Positions 47,581 through 61,780 of a stretch of DNA of 64,000 bases are shown here, piece after piece. This stretch comes from Takakia lepidozioides. Taxonomy: Eukaryota; Plantae; Bryophyta. The DNA is taken from assembly GCA_030704615.1 (NCBI GenBank), contig CM060732.1:12338001-12402000 (forward strand), written 5' to 3'. Positions within the stretch are counted from its first letter, which is position 1; the number at the start of each line of letters is the position of its first letter. Made by a program: the position numbers and the translations under genes. The notes below the pieces were generated by a model. It had not been told where the DNA came from, searched no databases, and saw only the letters and a program-made list of their open reading frames with translations.

Positions 47581-50185
47581 TTATACATGTGGCGCTATGG
47601 AGACCCTTGGATGGCTTCTGCTGACGCTAGTTAACCCTATGACTCTAATGCCACGTCAGTTTAGTCATTCCTGGCATATATTCAATTAATACCTCGTCGG
47701 ATATACTGACGTTGGATTTATCGAGTCATTACTCTTACTTGTCTGTTATGACTCGTGACAACTCATGTCTTTAATGACTCAGATGTCCGTTGAAACTGGT
47801 CTGTAATTACTGTAGTCATTGAATCATACCTGTCTTTTATGACTCAACACGAGTCATTAAAAGAGTGGGAAAGCCATGATTTCTTCATATGCAAATGATC
47901 AGCTGAGTACATTCACCAAGTCACAGTATCCTACACCAAGGTTATTACTCTTCTACAGCGGGATGTGGATAATGGACGTAAAGTGTGAGCATTGCTCGGT
48001 CTCAAGACGAACTTTAAACTCATATTTTTTCCAATGGTGTTCACTGTACAAGTTCAATGTGAGTTTCAATGCATTTTTGGGGATTCAATGTTCTTCTGTA
48101 TTCTCCATGTTGTCCCAGGTTAAACCACGGTAATAGGGTCCATATCTACAAGAATAAGCTCCCTTACTAGTTGATGACATGGAGTGAGCACAAATTTGTG
48201 TCACGTGGGCAAGCGTTAGCGTAGGCTCACGCCACGTCATCAACACGCGAGCCTACGCTCAGAGGCTCACGGTCTTGACTCACGACCTAACGTCGTTCGA
48301 AAGTTTGTGCGGATTTCCCAACATTTGAGCGGGAAATCAGTGCAAACTTTTCATAATGTCTTTCATATCGACTCAATTCATGGTCCATTTCTATCACAGA
48401 CTGGAAAGTCTCTTCAGACTTCCCAATATGCAAGTAGAAAATTTGTGTAGACAATCTGTATCGTCGACCTCCGTGCCAACCGAGTACAGACTCCAGAGTC
48501 TATACAGACATAGATTGGATAGTTTGTGCCGATTTCTTGATATTTGACTGGCAATCGGTGTAGAATTTCCATTTCCATTGCGTAGGCCCACCCCTAACAG
48601 GGGATAATAGCCGAAAGGTGAATTAGCTCTTAGTTACGCCAGCTTCTCTCTCTCTCTCTCTACATTGCGTAGTCGTAGTATGCCCAGTATGCCCATCGAC
48701 CCGGTTTGTCCAATGTGCCCATCGGCAAGTCTGTGCTGATTACCCGAAAGCAAGGCGGCCAATCTAGTATTGTATGGTTCTTGAATTGTCGTGTAGGCCT
48801 AGGAAAGTGTGTGTGGTATGAATCTGGGAAGTCTGCGCCGATTTTCGAGTATAGAATTGTTTTTTTCTTTTGGTTTCCAACTTCCCGCACGATGACAGAG
48901 GAGGGCAAGGTCAAGTCTGACTTAGCCCAGAAGCTATTTTACTTCCCGCTTTGTGAAGTTACAACCCCTCTGGATCAGTAGTACAAGAGTTCATTATTTG
49001 AAGAGGTATATGGGAATTAGTGCCAGAATAAACTGGAGAGTTGGATGACGTTGACAAAGGAGGTGCTTTTGGAGTACATGGGACATGAGGTTTCCGGATG
49101 TTTCTGACAGTGTTTCGATATTTGTCAAACACCCTTGAAATTGGAGACATCATTGACAAGGCACTAGAGGCAAATTTGAAAGCATATCAAACCAAATGGT
49201 ACTTTAAAATTCCCAAGTACAACTCATTATGTGACCCAACCTTTGGCAAAGGGTTACTTTTCAAGATCACAACCCACTACAACAATTTGCTTGGGAAGAA
49301 GAAGACAAAGATGACCCTAGCCATGTGTTCTTTCCACTTCCAAAGAGCCATTAGCAAGGTTTTGAAATGTATCCGTATTACCTACATAGGAAAACTGCAA
49401 CATATATCAGTTAATGATGTTTGATTATGGTAATTATGGTGATTTTCTTGTATTAATGTTAATTGATTCCTTAATTGGTTTAATTGTTGTTTTAGTTACA
49501 TCTTGTTACTTGAGAGTTACATGAGAATTACTATGAGAAATACTATGAGAATTACTTGAAACTTGTGGCTCAATGTGATTCCAAGATTGTGCAAGTATAT
49601 GTATTACTCAATATCATACAAATCCATGAAGTTAAGAAGTAATCCATTCTAGTTTGTCATTTTTTAAGGTAGATTAAAACAAACCACAAATGTCACATTT
49701 GTTACAAAAATTGTCATTTCAATATTGATGTAGATGGTATGAATTGCAATCAAATTTATCAAGGATCTCAATTACCTATTGTATACAATGTATTTGCCAT
49801 TACAGATGTAATGAGCCTCATGGACAATGATCGACTGAATCGTGTGTATGGTCATGTCAAAATTTGTCTAAAATAGAGGTTTATTTATAAAAATCTAGAA
49901 AATTAAAATCAAGCTTGTTCTTCTAGGTTAATCCTAGAGTAGTGTTGATGATATTTTTGTGGTTTTGATGGACATGTTCAATGATTGTAGGGGCTATGCC
50001 TAGCACAAATATCTAAAGCGAAACGTGATACATGCCCTAGATATATGACAAACTGAGAAAATGAGAAAGACAAAAAATAAACTTAAATAAACTAGACATG
50101 ATTGAATTAAATTAATGCCCGAACGATAATATGAATCACTGAAGACCTTTTTCATTCGATAGACATATATTGAAATTAAATTACA

Positions 50186-51310
50186 TTAGCTCACAATTGG
50201 ACTACTAGTGCCAAAAATGGTTTTCTTATTCCAAGAAAGATACGAGGCATCACCAAGAGGCCTAGGATTTTTGTGATAGATAGCAAAGAAGATAGAAGAC
50301 AGAACAAGACATATCATCCCTGTGACCAAATAAGAGATCCCTAGAAAATCATTCCTACCACCCAACCAACTTGTTGTAGAAAGCACCAATTTTTTGTTGC
50401 CTCCAAAACTGTAGGTGTTGTAAACATTTTGAATATAGACAATAATTTTGTCACCAATTGTCAAGTCTTGCTCAACCCGTCCCCACAACTTGCGGAATGT
50501 GGGCAAGGCAGCAGTCCGCATCCATACCATCAAATCCTCATTTCGATTCAATGAGAAATTTGGATCAAGTTGGCCCCCTCCAATCAAGGCAGCACATGTA
50601 GAAAGGTTGTTGTTTGCAAAGTTTGAAGGCTTGAGTGAACCACTAAACCTATTATCGATGTCGCTTTGCCATGCAATACCAGTTTTGTTGACATAAAGAG
50701 GTTTCATTTGTTGGGTCCCAGATTGTATAGTAAAGACATATGAATCATTGAAAAAACTCCATGCAATGAGACCACATGGAACGATTGGCTGATCATTGAC
50801 AAAAGCCTCAGGTGCACAAACTGTAAGATCCACATTTGAAACATAATCCCCACGGATTTGTTTGTCACTTCTGCTTTTCACATAACGACGGTGGTTTTGG
50901 TAATAATGATCCAATTGATAATACACATATACTGGACTTTTCATATTACGTGTGATGTTGAATGATATTGTGCAATTTTTTGGTGTGCTTGGATCTTGAA
51001 TGAAGCTTACGCGTTCAGCTCTGGAGGTCATAGGGCCACCACTAGCCACATCTAAACATACAGTTCCGTACTGATGAGAAATCTCAATGACACTATATGA
51101 AGCATGTAAGGTGATTGCCCCAATGGGAATAAAGATCACGCCTACCACCATGAGAGTTGATATCACCCACGTCGGAGTCAACAAGGGTTTGTACGCTGAC
51201 AATTCTTGTTGTGTGAACTTCGTATATTTTGGTCTCTTTGAATCTTTTCTGACAACTTGTGGCATGTCTTCTCCAATTATATTGCTATTGGATGTGCTGC
51301 CACCATCCAT
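50186..51310 (-). CDS. ALIS: CDC50/LEM3 family ALA-interacting subunit (P4-ATPase flippase beta subunit), intronless
   Basis: KYTKFTQQEL..KPLLTP, VYVYYQLDHYYQNHRRYVKSR, PCGLIAWSFFND, VWMRTAALPTFRKLWG, SWLGGRNDFLG; two TM helices. Confidence 0.95.
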   Translation of the reverse strand: MDGGSTSNSNIIGEDMPQVVRKDSKRPKYTKFTQQELSAYKPLLTPTWVISTLMVVGVIFIPIGAITLHASYSVIEISHQYGTVCLDVASGGPMTSRAERVSFIQDPSTPKNCTISFNITRNMKSPVYVYYQLDHYYQNHRRYVKSRSDKQIRGDYVSNVDLTVCAPEAFVNDQPIVPCGLIAWSFFNDSYVFTIQSGTQQMKPLYVNKTGIAWQSDIDNRFSGSLKPSNFANNNLSTCAALIGGGQLDPNFSLNRNEDLMVWMRTAALPTFRKLWGRVEQDLTIGDKIIVYIQNVYNTYSFGGNKKLVLSTTSWLGGRNDFLGISYLVTGMICLVLSSIFFAIYHKNPRPLGDASYLSWNKKTIFGTSSPIVS

Positions 51311-53852
51311 CTTTATTCTTGTCCATCAACCAACCACTTTATCGCACCACTTCCTCGCATGTGATTTTTCTAATGATTATAACATGCATGGAAAGAGAAT
51401 TGGATTTTTTTTTTTAACATGGGTGAATATTTTTCTCAATAATCAAATAGGGGATTTTAGCTTGTGGTTAAAATAGTTTGTTCTTCATAATGATAATCAT
51501 GCAAGGAAGAAAATGGATAGTGAACACTATGTGGAAAAAAGATGATTTCCTCGCACATGATTTTCTCTCACCCGATTATAAACATCATGCCTTATATAAA
51601 TAAGTTTCATGGCATGTGAAGATTTTTTCTATAATCATGGCCATTAAATTAAAAAAATGCATTTAAAAAAACTCGTATACATAAAGATTTGTTCTCAAAA
51701 TCATAACCATGCAGTCAAATAAGAAAAAAAAAAGTTTTCTTGCACATGAAGATTAATCTTGTTGACCATATTACTCAAGAGATTGTAATGAAGATATTTT
51801 CTAGCTATCATAGTCATGTAGTACGGAAACGATGGGTTCATTCCTACACGGTGACCACAACCATGTCAAAAATGTGGAAACATCTGTCATATATTGCCAT
51901 GCTTCCTACAACAAAGCATCAAGATCAACTTAAACAACCTATGCAACCGTTTGTTCAATAAAAAATAAAATGGTTTTTTCATGATCTACAATTCACTAGA
52001 TTTGTGATATCCGTGAAAAAATCATGCTTTTAATAGGTGTTACGACCCATTCATTTATGATATGTGGATTTCATTGGGTGATTTTCTTAAAAATCAAGAA
52101 AGAGCTATTATGTTATATCAAGAAACCGCTAGTTGATAACTGAATTGTGCACTAGTATGACATGCCACCCACATAATTCAGGGTTCAAATCTTGTTACCT
52201 TGTCATGCATGGTATTGATTTCATCGACCTTTGGTCACAATTTGCCCCGTCTAGTGTCTCCTCTTGACACTTGTCAGGCTATACCTTTTGATTGTCGTGG
52301 CTTGTCTTGGATTGCTAGATGAGGGGGGGGGGGGGGGTCACCGCGGGTTAGGAATTTATTTACTGGAATTTATTTGGTCATTGGATTGTAGAATATGCGG
52401 TTCAGATCACCACCACAATAGCTTTTCAATTTATCTGTTTCAACTTTCTCCTCTAAGCTTGGAAGTGTTCTAAGAGTACAAAATTATGAATGTCATCAAT
52501 CTAATGGAGTAAGTCCATGTTAGAGGAGATTGATGGGAGATTTTATTTTATTTTATTTTTAAAGGTATTGCTAAAGCACTCGTAATTTATGGTGTTACTT
52601 GACCCTGAATGCCTACTGATTTCTCGGGGATGGATAGGTCTTGATAATGACATCCAACATGTGGTTTGGACCTACAACCACTAGTACAAAGCTATTTCTA
52701 TTGGGCTAAATATTGGTTGTTCGAGCTTGATGAACATTAACCTCTTTAAAGCACCAGGGTTTCACATTGCTGACCGCATTACTAGTGATAATTTCAGGGA
52801 ACAATGTACATGAAAATATAATTAAGATCTACAAGAAATTCAATGTTTATTTCATTTTGATTGGAAGTATGTTTTGTGCAATGTCTTTCCTTTTTGCAAT
52901 CATTTTTTTGTTGGGTGTATAACGGTGTTTATAATCATTTCGTGATTAATATGAATTTGTTGAGATTTTATTTCATTTTAATTTTATATAAATTGCACAT
53001 AGTTTTCATAAAGTAATTTCCAACGTTATCTCAATAAATTATGTACCTATGCATCATAGTTGTGTACAGATCAGATTGTTGTATTACGTGTAATGCACTA
53101 TTAGTCTTATATATATATATATATATATACCAAACTTCAAATTTCTCAGTATTTAACTATGGGTTGGGGGGGGGATCTTCTTCCATTTATGAGTCATGAG
53201 GGCTAATCCTCAGACCTACAGATCATGAAATTAGACAATGTAACCATATCTGACAAGATAGTAGGATTTTATTTACTTATTTAATTTTATAATTCGGGCT
53301 GCTTAAAACATTAATGATGATGTGGCGAACAATGATGACATGGCATTTAGGGCCCTTTTTGTGCTAAAACTGGTTTCAGGTTTTTCTAGCACTAAAAAAT
53401 CATCATGCACTAAAAAATCAGAATCGGAGAACAAACTCTTAATGAAGAAGAAAATTTGTATTTCTAGCACAATCAAAAATTTAGGATATAATTGCTACAA
53501 ACCGTTGCCTCACTACATTTTTTTATTTTTTATTTTTTATTTTTCTAAAATGCCTCAAATCTAATATCCTCTTCTAGAAGGTGGTGCTTAAAAAGTAAAT
53601 ACCTCAAAAACTATAGAAGAGAAGGAAGTCGCTATACTTTACGAGCACTAGGGAGAGGAAGAGAGCCAGAGATAGAATGAGGTTGGAAAGAGTAGACGAA
53701 GAGGGAAAGGAGGAAGATGAGGGCAATGAGGAAAGGTTGGCAATGCAAGAGCAGGATTTTGGAGAGGAACAATAGCCCCCCATACTGCCGAGAACGGGTG
53801 AGGAGGAGACCGCATCCGAGGGAGAGACGGACGCCGAAGATGATGTTGATGG

Positions 53853-54293
53853 TGTCGTGCGCATACATATCGCTACACAACTACATCGCTGTCCAAAACC
53901 ACACAACACATGTGCACACCACACACTAGTATACCACTAGTCCACCACTAGTCCAACCATTAGTCCAACCACTAGGCTACAACTAGTCAGTCACTAGGCT
54001 GCCACTATGCTGCCCACTATGGCAGTCACTAGTCCACACAATGATAAAGAAGAAGAATACAAGTACAAGCTCATGCGAGCTCACAAAGCTGAAGCATAAA
54101 CTCATGCATATATAAACTCATCACTCAAATACAAGTCAAGCCAAGTGCACCCCACGCCATGGGGAATCCACACTACGGCGCCATAGCTAGGCGCGGTGAG
54201 GCTCAACTCGAGAAAGATGAGCCTCCCGCGCTTGCCGTGTAAAAGCTAGCTATTTTCTAGCTAATTTCACACTAGTGGTAAAATAACTTGACA
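53853..54293 (-). repeat. solo A+B terminal unit (441 bp) of a related Gypsy-DNMT subfamily
   Basis: First about 45 bp identical to A (TGTCGTGCGCATACATATCGC...); hairpin GGCTCAACTCGAGAAAGATGAGCC; ends TAACTTGACA; no clean TSD. Confidence 0.85.
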
Positions 54294-54554
54294 GAGGTTT
54301 GAAGAACAAAAAAGAGTACCGCCTAAAAAAATTGAGCGGTATTCTCTTGGGCAGCGCCAAGATTGGCAGCCATTGCGCCTTGCCGGCCGCTTGAGTAGTT
54401 GCCACCCTGCTTACTAGGTTATAGCAGCTTCTATTACTTTTTTAAATTTATTATTATTATTTATGAACATGAAACAACTACTAACACTACTTCCTTGATA
54501 TCAAAGTTAGATCGAGTGAACATTATATATCTTCTACCAAGTGAGAGGTACATA

Positions 54555-54885
54555 TCAGTGGGAGGTTCTTTGATAAAGCTACAAACCCCCGGAGGTTATC
54601 AAGAAGGTTATATGGATATATAACCGTGGTTCTCAATAAAACAAAAAACCGCCAAAGGCTCATAACCGCCGGTTACGTCAGCCTGAAAACCGTCCGCCAA
54701 AGACCCGCTGGTTATTTGATGAAAACCACCGGTTCTTTGAGGTTCTTACAATTAACCGGAACCGGTGGTTCTTTCCATAAGAAGTATATGAACAAACCGG
54801 AACTGGAGGTTCTTTGATCCTAAGATTTAAAAAAAAAACTGGAAATGGAGGTTATGAAAGAAATCAAATAACCGCCCAACACTGG
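54555..54885. repeat. probable short interspersed non-autonomous element rich in AACCG/CGGTT motifs
   Basis: About ten AACCG(C/G)/CCGGTT motifs, ending ATAACCGCCCAACACTGG; loosely inverted to CAGTGGGAGGTT at 54556. Confidence 0.4.
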
Positions 54886-57800
54886 TACATATGAGGCTGG
54901 TGGCGATGATCGGGATTTGTGAATAAGGGGATCGGTCATATTAATGCACATATTTTAAGTCGTATGTAGAGTTGATTTTGGTAATTAACAATAGCTTACA
55001 ATAGCTACAATAGCTTACGCTTCTCCACTAACCTGCTCGTTCTCTCGGTTGGCCTAGAAGTGAACGAGTCATGGGTAACACTGTTCCCATGATTTGCTCC
55101 TTGGAGAAGCATGGGTACCGACAATCCAATTCTCTCCAATATCCGCAGGTGAACACAAGTATTTTTGAAATATTTCCTGAATCACCGATCATGTGTGCAA
55201 GGGCCTCAAAACAGAATCATTTGGCTGATTATGCCCTGTTTATGGTCTTCAGCCAATCAGTAGCTGCAAAGGGTTGTTTTTGGAGTGGGTCTCATACCTG
55301 CCATTATGGTGGGTTGGAGGCCGCTCGCTCTCTGGGCACCTAGCCTCCTTACCCACCATAATGTCAGCTGCATATCTGACATTGAGCACATATTATACTG
55401 CTGTTTTATATTCCAGAAAAACCCAATTTGCTATTTTTCATGAATTTCTAGTGACAAAATTATGAAACCACCTCGATGAACCCCTACTCATCAAGGGCTT
55501 TCCAACGGTATTAAGAACCTGGGCAGAGGGCTTGTGGTGTGGGAGTTCTCAACGTGATAAACAAAACAAAACAAAGCAAACTTACAAACTTGCTTAATAT
55601 ATTGATGATAAATTTGGCCATTGACAATGTGGCCGTCAACATTTGCCGACAGCGGCAGCCGCTGAACTGTACACTTACTGACGCCGCCAGCCTCTTGCAA
55701 GAACTGTACACAACAGTATGTTTGACTGTGAGTTGCTCAAAAAAAGCTTGCAATATGGCAACTTGGGTGCACTATATTCTTGCTTTGAAAGTGTTGCCAC
55801 TTGGCAGATTAGCTTGGCACAATGGTGGTATGTTATTTTATTTCACTGCCCGCAAGTATCTATATGCCTTATTTTTTGGTGGGCCCACTAAAAAAATAGT
55901 GCATACCCTCATGGATAAGGGCGCAACTTTTTACGCCCAATCATCCATCCGGATGAACCTTATACTTATGTGCATATCTACTACATCCATATCCTGTGAG
56001 TGTCCATTTGACCATTTTTTTTTTACGATTGCATCTGGAAGATTATAACAAAATAATCTGCCCCAATTTGTAAATATTGCATTTTCAGATTCCATGGGGA
56101 AAATGGTTTGACCGCTAAATTCAAGTATCAAGTTGAATTTTCTGAGGCACATGCCCTCCATAATCTGATTTTATGGCACGTGAGGGACTCCCTCCCCACA
56201 AAAACAGACCGAAATTCCAAAAACTAATATAGGCTGCTTTGAACGTGAAATTCGAGGGGTAAATTGTCATGGTATGGCTTCTTTCCCATGATATTTGTTT
56301 TCTAATTCCTCTGGTAAGTAAGTGCACACTAACATGACATAGCGCCTTGTCCAAATTTTTTGGCATTGTGATAAATTTTGAGCCCGAGATGTTATTTTCA
56401 AGATTGCCCATTTGCCCTGCTGTGTGAGCAACTCAACGGTTCTGGACACTGGATTTCCAGCCCCGGAGGGGCTAAATTGAATACGATTTCTATTTATCCA
56501 GATTCAGCTGGTATCAAAATAATGATAACCCACAACTGGTTTAATTGGCATGATATAATTCAGTGCTCCTCCCTCATGATTCAAAGATCCGATGTCTATC
56601 CGAAAAAGGGGCGGTCTCCAGGTGTTTCTTCCCTTGCAATAAGCCCTTTATGTTGGCAGGTAGTCCTTCCGGGTCAAGAGACACCATAACTCACGCTTCC
56701 TTGGGGACGCGTCATACTTTCTTTTTTTTCACGGCCTTGACCATCCCTTAAAAACCAACCAAAAAAAAGATAAAAAGAGAAAAGGAGGAGGGCGGCGTCA
56801 AGACACACACAATTGAAGGACCATTTAATTGAGGTCATTGCGCCAAATTTGCGGATCAAAGTATCTACAAGTTGGGTGACATGGCGGAGGAAATGGCAAT
56901 CAAGCAAACTTCCAAAAGCTGAAGCATCTTATTACGTTCACATTAGCAATAACAAACTTTTTTTTTTTTTTTTTTCACTAAAGCTAGTTCAGAATTTGAA
57001 ATAGCCCCACCCAAAAAGAAAAAGTTTGAGACACGCGTCTTCCTGTTTCTATCTCTGGAGTTTAAAACATTGTGGTAAAATCGAAGAGGACTCCCGTGCA
57101 GTCGAAGTTGCAGTGCGATGGACAGCGATCCTCTTCGGCAGCGGGCACTCTCCAAAATGGGAGGGAGTCGTCAGCTCAGTTGTCCTGGTCTGGGGAATGC
57201 GACCCCGCTTTTCGAGAGAGAGCCACCCGCTTTGGTACATATACTCTGACAATTAGTCTGGGAGGAACACAGACCCACACTGCAAATGATGATCAGATAG
57301 TGTGGATCTTCTTCATGTTTTAAGGAGCTTGGACAAGTTTAAATGCCTAGTGACGGCGCACTCAGAGCTGAGCTAACTGCTCGCTAGCAATTGGAGGAAG
57401 ACATCAACTCAACTCAGATCGTCGGTTGCTCTAAGTGTGTAAAGAGACAGACTATTTTTCTCTCTCACCATCTACCTTGCTCATGAGTCATGTAGATTGG
57501 AATCCCGTGAGGTAATTTAGAAATGTCCAGCTTGCAACTTTGAACAAATTCTGCACTACACGAACTCAGCCTCCGGCAAAATGACGTTCTGAGCGGTCAG
57601 AGAATCGGAGAATGCAGGAGGACGACGATGGTGACAGAGCTTACCTAAGAACATCCGGAGAGGTTTCAATTTGTGGCTCGAGTTGAACAACTACATCGAC
57701 TAAGTACTGACTCTTTTGGACGGTGCTCGTGTCCTAAGACAGATCATCTACAAGCTTCGGTCAACAGCCTCACTTTTGAGAGGCCTGTCGGCGATCGTCT

Positions 57801-58339
57801 TGGTTTTGGAGAGCGTTCTCCAACCGAAAACATGGCTCCAGTAAACTTCTGCCCAAGAAACTGACCTTTTCCGATTACATCCGTTATATAAAGTACCATT
57901 TCATTTCATTTCCCCTTCACGAGTAGTCTCCTTTTTCTAATCGCTTTGGTCTTGTCATACGGTGCTATGCCTGCAGGTCATTGCAAGAGGATTCCGACAA
58001 CTACTGGGATCTTATCACCTGGGGATGAATAAAGCCTTCTCTAGCTATGGCTCCTTCGTTGCCCGCCGTCCATTGATTCCTCTTGTGTACGCTCTTCACA
58101 CCTGGTCGCTCGCATTCATAGTATATATAGGTCATAGACCGGACAGGTGATCAGTACCAACGTCTGTGTCCAGCATATGTTCCCGGTTCCCGCTGCACAC
58201 TTCTAGATTTTATGTGAATAGCCAAATGCAGGAGCGATCTCCCTTGTTTTCATACTTCAGATTTGTTGGATCAGGTCTGTTACCAGCTGTATAGAGCCCC
58301 TGTAGCTTGGGTCATTTTAATGGGGTCTACTTTCTGGGA

Positions 58340-61300
58340 TCTCATCTATGTTGATGGTGCAGGATTGGACTTTTGCTTCTGGGAGGTCTATCTCTAGGCC
58401 TCATAAAAGGAAAGAAGGAATCGGACTTGGAAAAGCTTTGGGTGGAGCACAATTCAAGGGTTGTGGAGGAGCGTAGATTCTTCAATGACCGGTGGGTGTC
58501 TTACTCAGCATTGCTAAGTCAAAAGCTGGCATTAGTTCATTCTGAATCAGAGGATGGACACACGTCATAGGCAGTCGAGTGGTCAGCAGCCAGCTGAAGA
58601 AATATTGGTCACCTATATCCCACATAGACATTAAGATGCACCATTCCGATTTTGAAATAGCTCTCGAGAATTTCTTTTCCTGCCCTAACCAAGCTTCCAT
58701 GTCCTCGAGGGGCAGAGCCTCACCATGGAAGAAAGCACCAGACATTGACCGGTCTAGTTAGACGTGGGACAGCAGGATGTGGGTTTTTCCCAATCGAGTT
58801 GACTGATACTATCCGACTCTAGATACGCTCTGATTCCATTGGAGAGAGGAAGCATACATCGATCGGTGTGACTGGTTTCGCAGTTCGGGTCATTGGAAGA
58901 CAATAATCCAGGATAAATATCTTTTCAAGACCGCAAGCAAGTGTCTCACACATACACGATAATGCCACAAAATCCCAGGAGTCTCAGAGGAATTGCTTGA
59001 ATTAGTGCGTAAGAAAATGGAGCTTAGAGCCAAACTGAAGTCACCGAGTCTAGGCCACATTGCCAACTTGCCACTTAGAAGTCCATATACGTTTGCCAAT
59101 GCCATCATGCGTGAGACGCTGATGTTTTACTTGTGGCAGATTTGGAGGCATTTCCCGCAAGGAAGTGGTGACTGTATCGTCAGTGGCATCTGCAAATGAT
59201 CAAGTTGATTTGAAGAAATCCATGGAAGCGTTGACACTTGCCATTGCACCCCTCTATGATGCTCTTTCCTTGACGAAAACCGTTGGGAATACCACTCACT
59301 ATCTCACCAATGTAAGATTCGTGTGCATGCCATTGATGTATTATACGCAGAGTGTGGCTGTTAATAGAACTAGAATTAACTTCGCCTAAACCTTCAAATC
59401 GGTAGCTTTGTGTAATGAGTTCTCTAGAATTCAAGTTTTGCGAACTGATAGTATTGCTGATAGTCTTACTTGAATATCATTCTTGTATCCCAGTGAAGCA
59501 TGTTCAATGCTACTATCTCTAGTATGTCGCTCTTATATACCACTGTCAGCTTTCTTGTGACCATCTTTTCTCGCAATGTAGAAGTCGATGAACGTCGGCC
59601 TAACCCGGAATATTCAACATGAAACTCAGTGTCCATGACACTTGACAGAAAAACCTTAGAAAGAAAGAAGAAATGTCCTGGAAAGCTCAATGAGGGTATG
59701 GGACAAAAACAAAGCTTGAAAATCAAAGAAAGCAAGTACACTAGCTAGAATACGTCAGGCCTAAATCTGCACTGTGGAGCGCCTTGTGAGGTAAGCTGCC
59801 TGCAAGACCCTCTGGTCTTTATAACCAAACTTGTGGCTTCGCCAAGAATGAGCAGCCTCTGAAAAAGCTGCAGTAAATTATCTTCCTCTTGTTTGGTAAG
59901 GCACAGGGCATGAGAAAGAGGTAAGAGAGCACTTCAGCTCGTGTGTTATATATTCTTGAGCAATCTCTCCACCATTCGTTTCTCTCCTGTTCTTCCAGCT
60001 ATACATCCTGGAACTAATCCCCAATTTGTTTTCCCATTGGCAGACGGACTTCTGTGAGAGACCATTGGTACCCACTAGTCTAAAGCCAGGGTCGAACCCG
60101 CTGTTGGAGAACAACTGGGTATCATGGGGCCTACAGTATGTGTCCACATGTACAATTGATTCCGTTTATGGTTCGCAGTCCAACCATTCCTTTGCGCTTC
60201 CGCCTGGCTGGGGCATAAAAAAATTCCCTTGCACAAAAGTCACACCCATGGATTGCTTCAAAGAAGGGGGCGATTTCGACTATCCGGAAGAATTGAAACA
60301 GCTCGAGAAACCGGTCCCAGGTTCTAATTTGACGCTCATAGATCTCATAGCTGGCTTTGCTAGGCAAAGCAAACTGGCCTGTTTCTCTCTCCTTCAGAAA
60401 AATATATCAGACATGTTTTCGGCAATCAATTATCCCAATTCGAGTGTACCTCAAGTAAATACCGCTGCCCCTCCCTTTCATGCGCTATTTTTCTTAAGAC
60501 TTCGTAGGATCTTTGTGGTGCACAAGCGACTAGTTACCTCTTCATGATCAGATGGTTAAACTGATTGAGTCTCCCTGCGCATGTCCTCCTTTCCGCTCTT
60601 CCCGCATCTAAGCAAACTGTGCTCTTATAAGAGTCCATAACAGCTTTGTTGCGGGTGTTGCAGAGTCATGATACCGTATTTTACGTTGGATAGGATCCAA
60701 TTGTCTCGAAGCTAGATCGGTTTCAGCCCTTGCCAAGTTACTTTTAGATCCCTGCACATCAGGCCTTCTAACGATGCTAGTGTTATTGACTGGAACAGAT
60801 TGTCGGTGAAGTAGAGGCCTTTATGGGGGTGGCCTATACCTGGGGTTATCGCTGGCGTAAACCTTACACGGCCATGAATTCCAACCAAGAGGTAGGTTTC
60901 GCTTCCATGGGAATACAATCCGGAACTCTGCAACAAGAAACTAACTAACCAATACTCAGTAGTGCACAGCAACTCAAAAATCCCTCCGGGAAGTGTCGCA
61001 AACACTTGAATTCAGACAATTATAAGTTTTTCTAGCCGGACAAACGATCCATGTAGCTCACATTGCTGGTCTTCAACTGCAGTGCGATTTCCACATCACA
61101 GTCGCTCATTCCAATTGCTCATTACAAGATGCATAGTGTGCACGACATTGCCATACTGAAACAATGCCGAGACTAATCTGTTCCTTTGTGCAGATTCTGG
61201 ATCACATCAATGAAGCTATTGGATTTGCACGTCAAATGAGCCCTGATCCTACCAAATCTCAAGTGAGTTTCGTGAACACCCCCCCACCTCAATGATCCGC

Positions 61301-61780
61301 CCGCGACAGAACCCGTGTGTCCATGTCTCCTCTTTCAGCTCTCTGTGTAACAATTCACACCAGATTGCTGACTCTTTCCTTCACTCCCATGTAGAATGTG
61401 AATAACATACATTCATAGAGTAGCCCTTTGAAATATGATAAGACGTATTTGTATGCAGTTGTTTCCCTTCATATACTTTATTTCCTCTCACAAGTACAGG
61501 TTGTGAATTTGACAATACTCCATCTCCTTTGTGTCATCATTCTTTCAATTCATTGGTCTCATTGCGATGAACTTGGATATGCAGACTCTGGCATGTGTGA
61601 CGGAGAAGCTGCCGTGTTGTTTAACTTGGTTTGGGGCACACACTCCTATACTTGCATCGTTTGGTGGAGTTCAACGTGATCCATCTGGCACCAATATCAC
61701 TAAGGTGCGCAAGTCCCACTCTTCAGAGTATCCTCATGCTTTTCGTCTGAGCTCAGCAAATTTGTGGTCGTAGGTGATAC
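58340..61780 (+). pseudogene. possible degenerate multi-exon gene of unknown family
   Basis: Exon-like blocks with splice signals (TTCTTCCAG about 59998 to GTAAAT about 60455; TGTGCAG 61193 to GTGAG 61263) and broken ORFs; no domain recognised. Confidence 0.25.
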
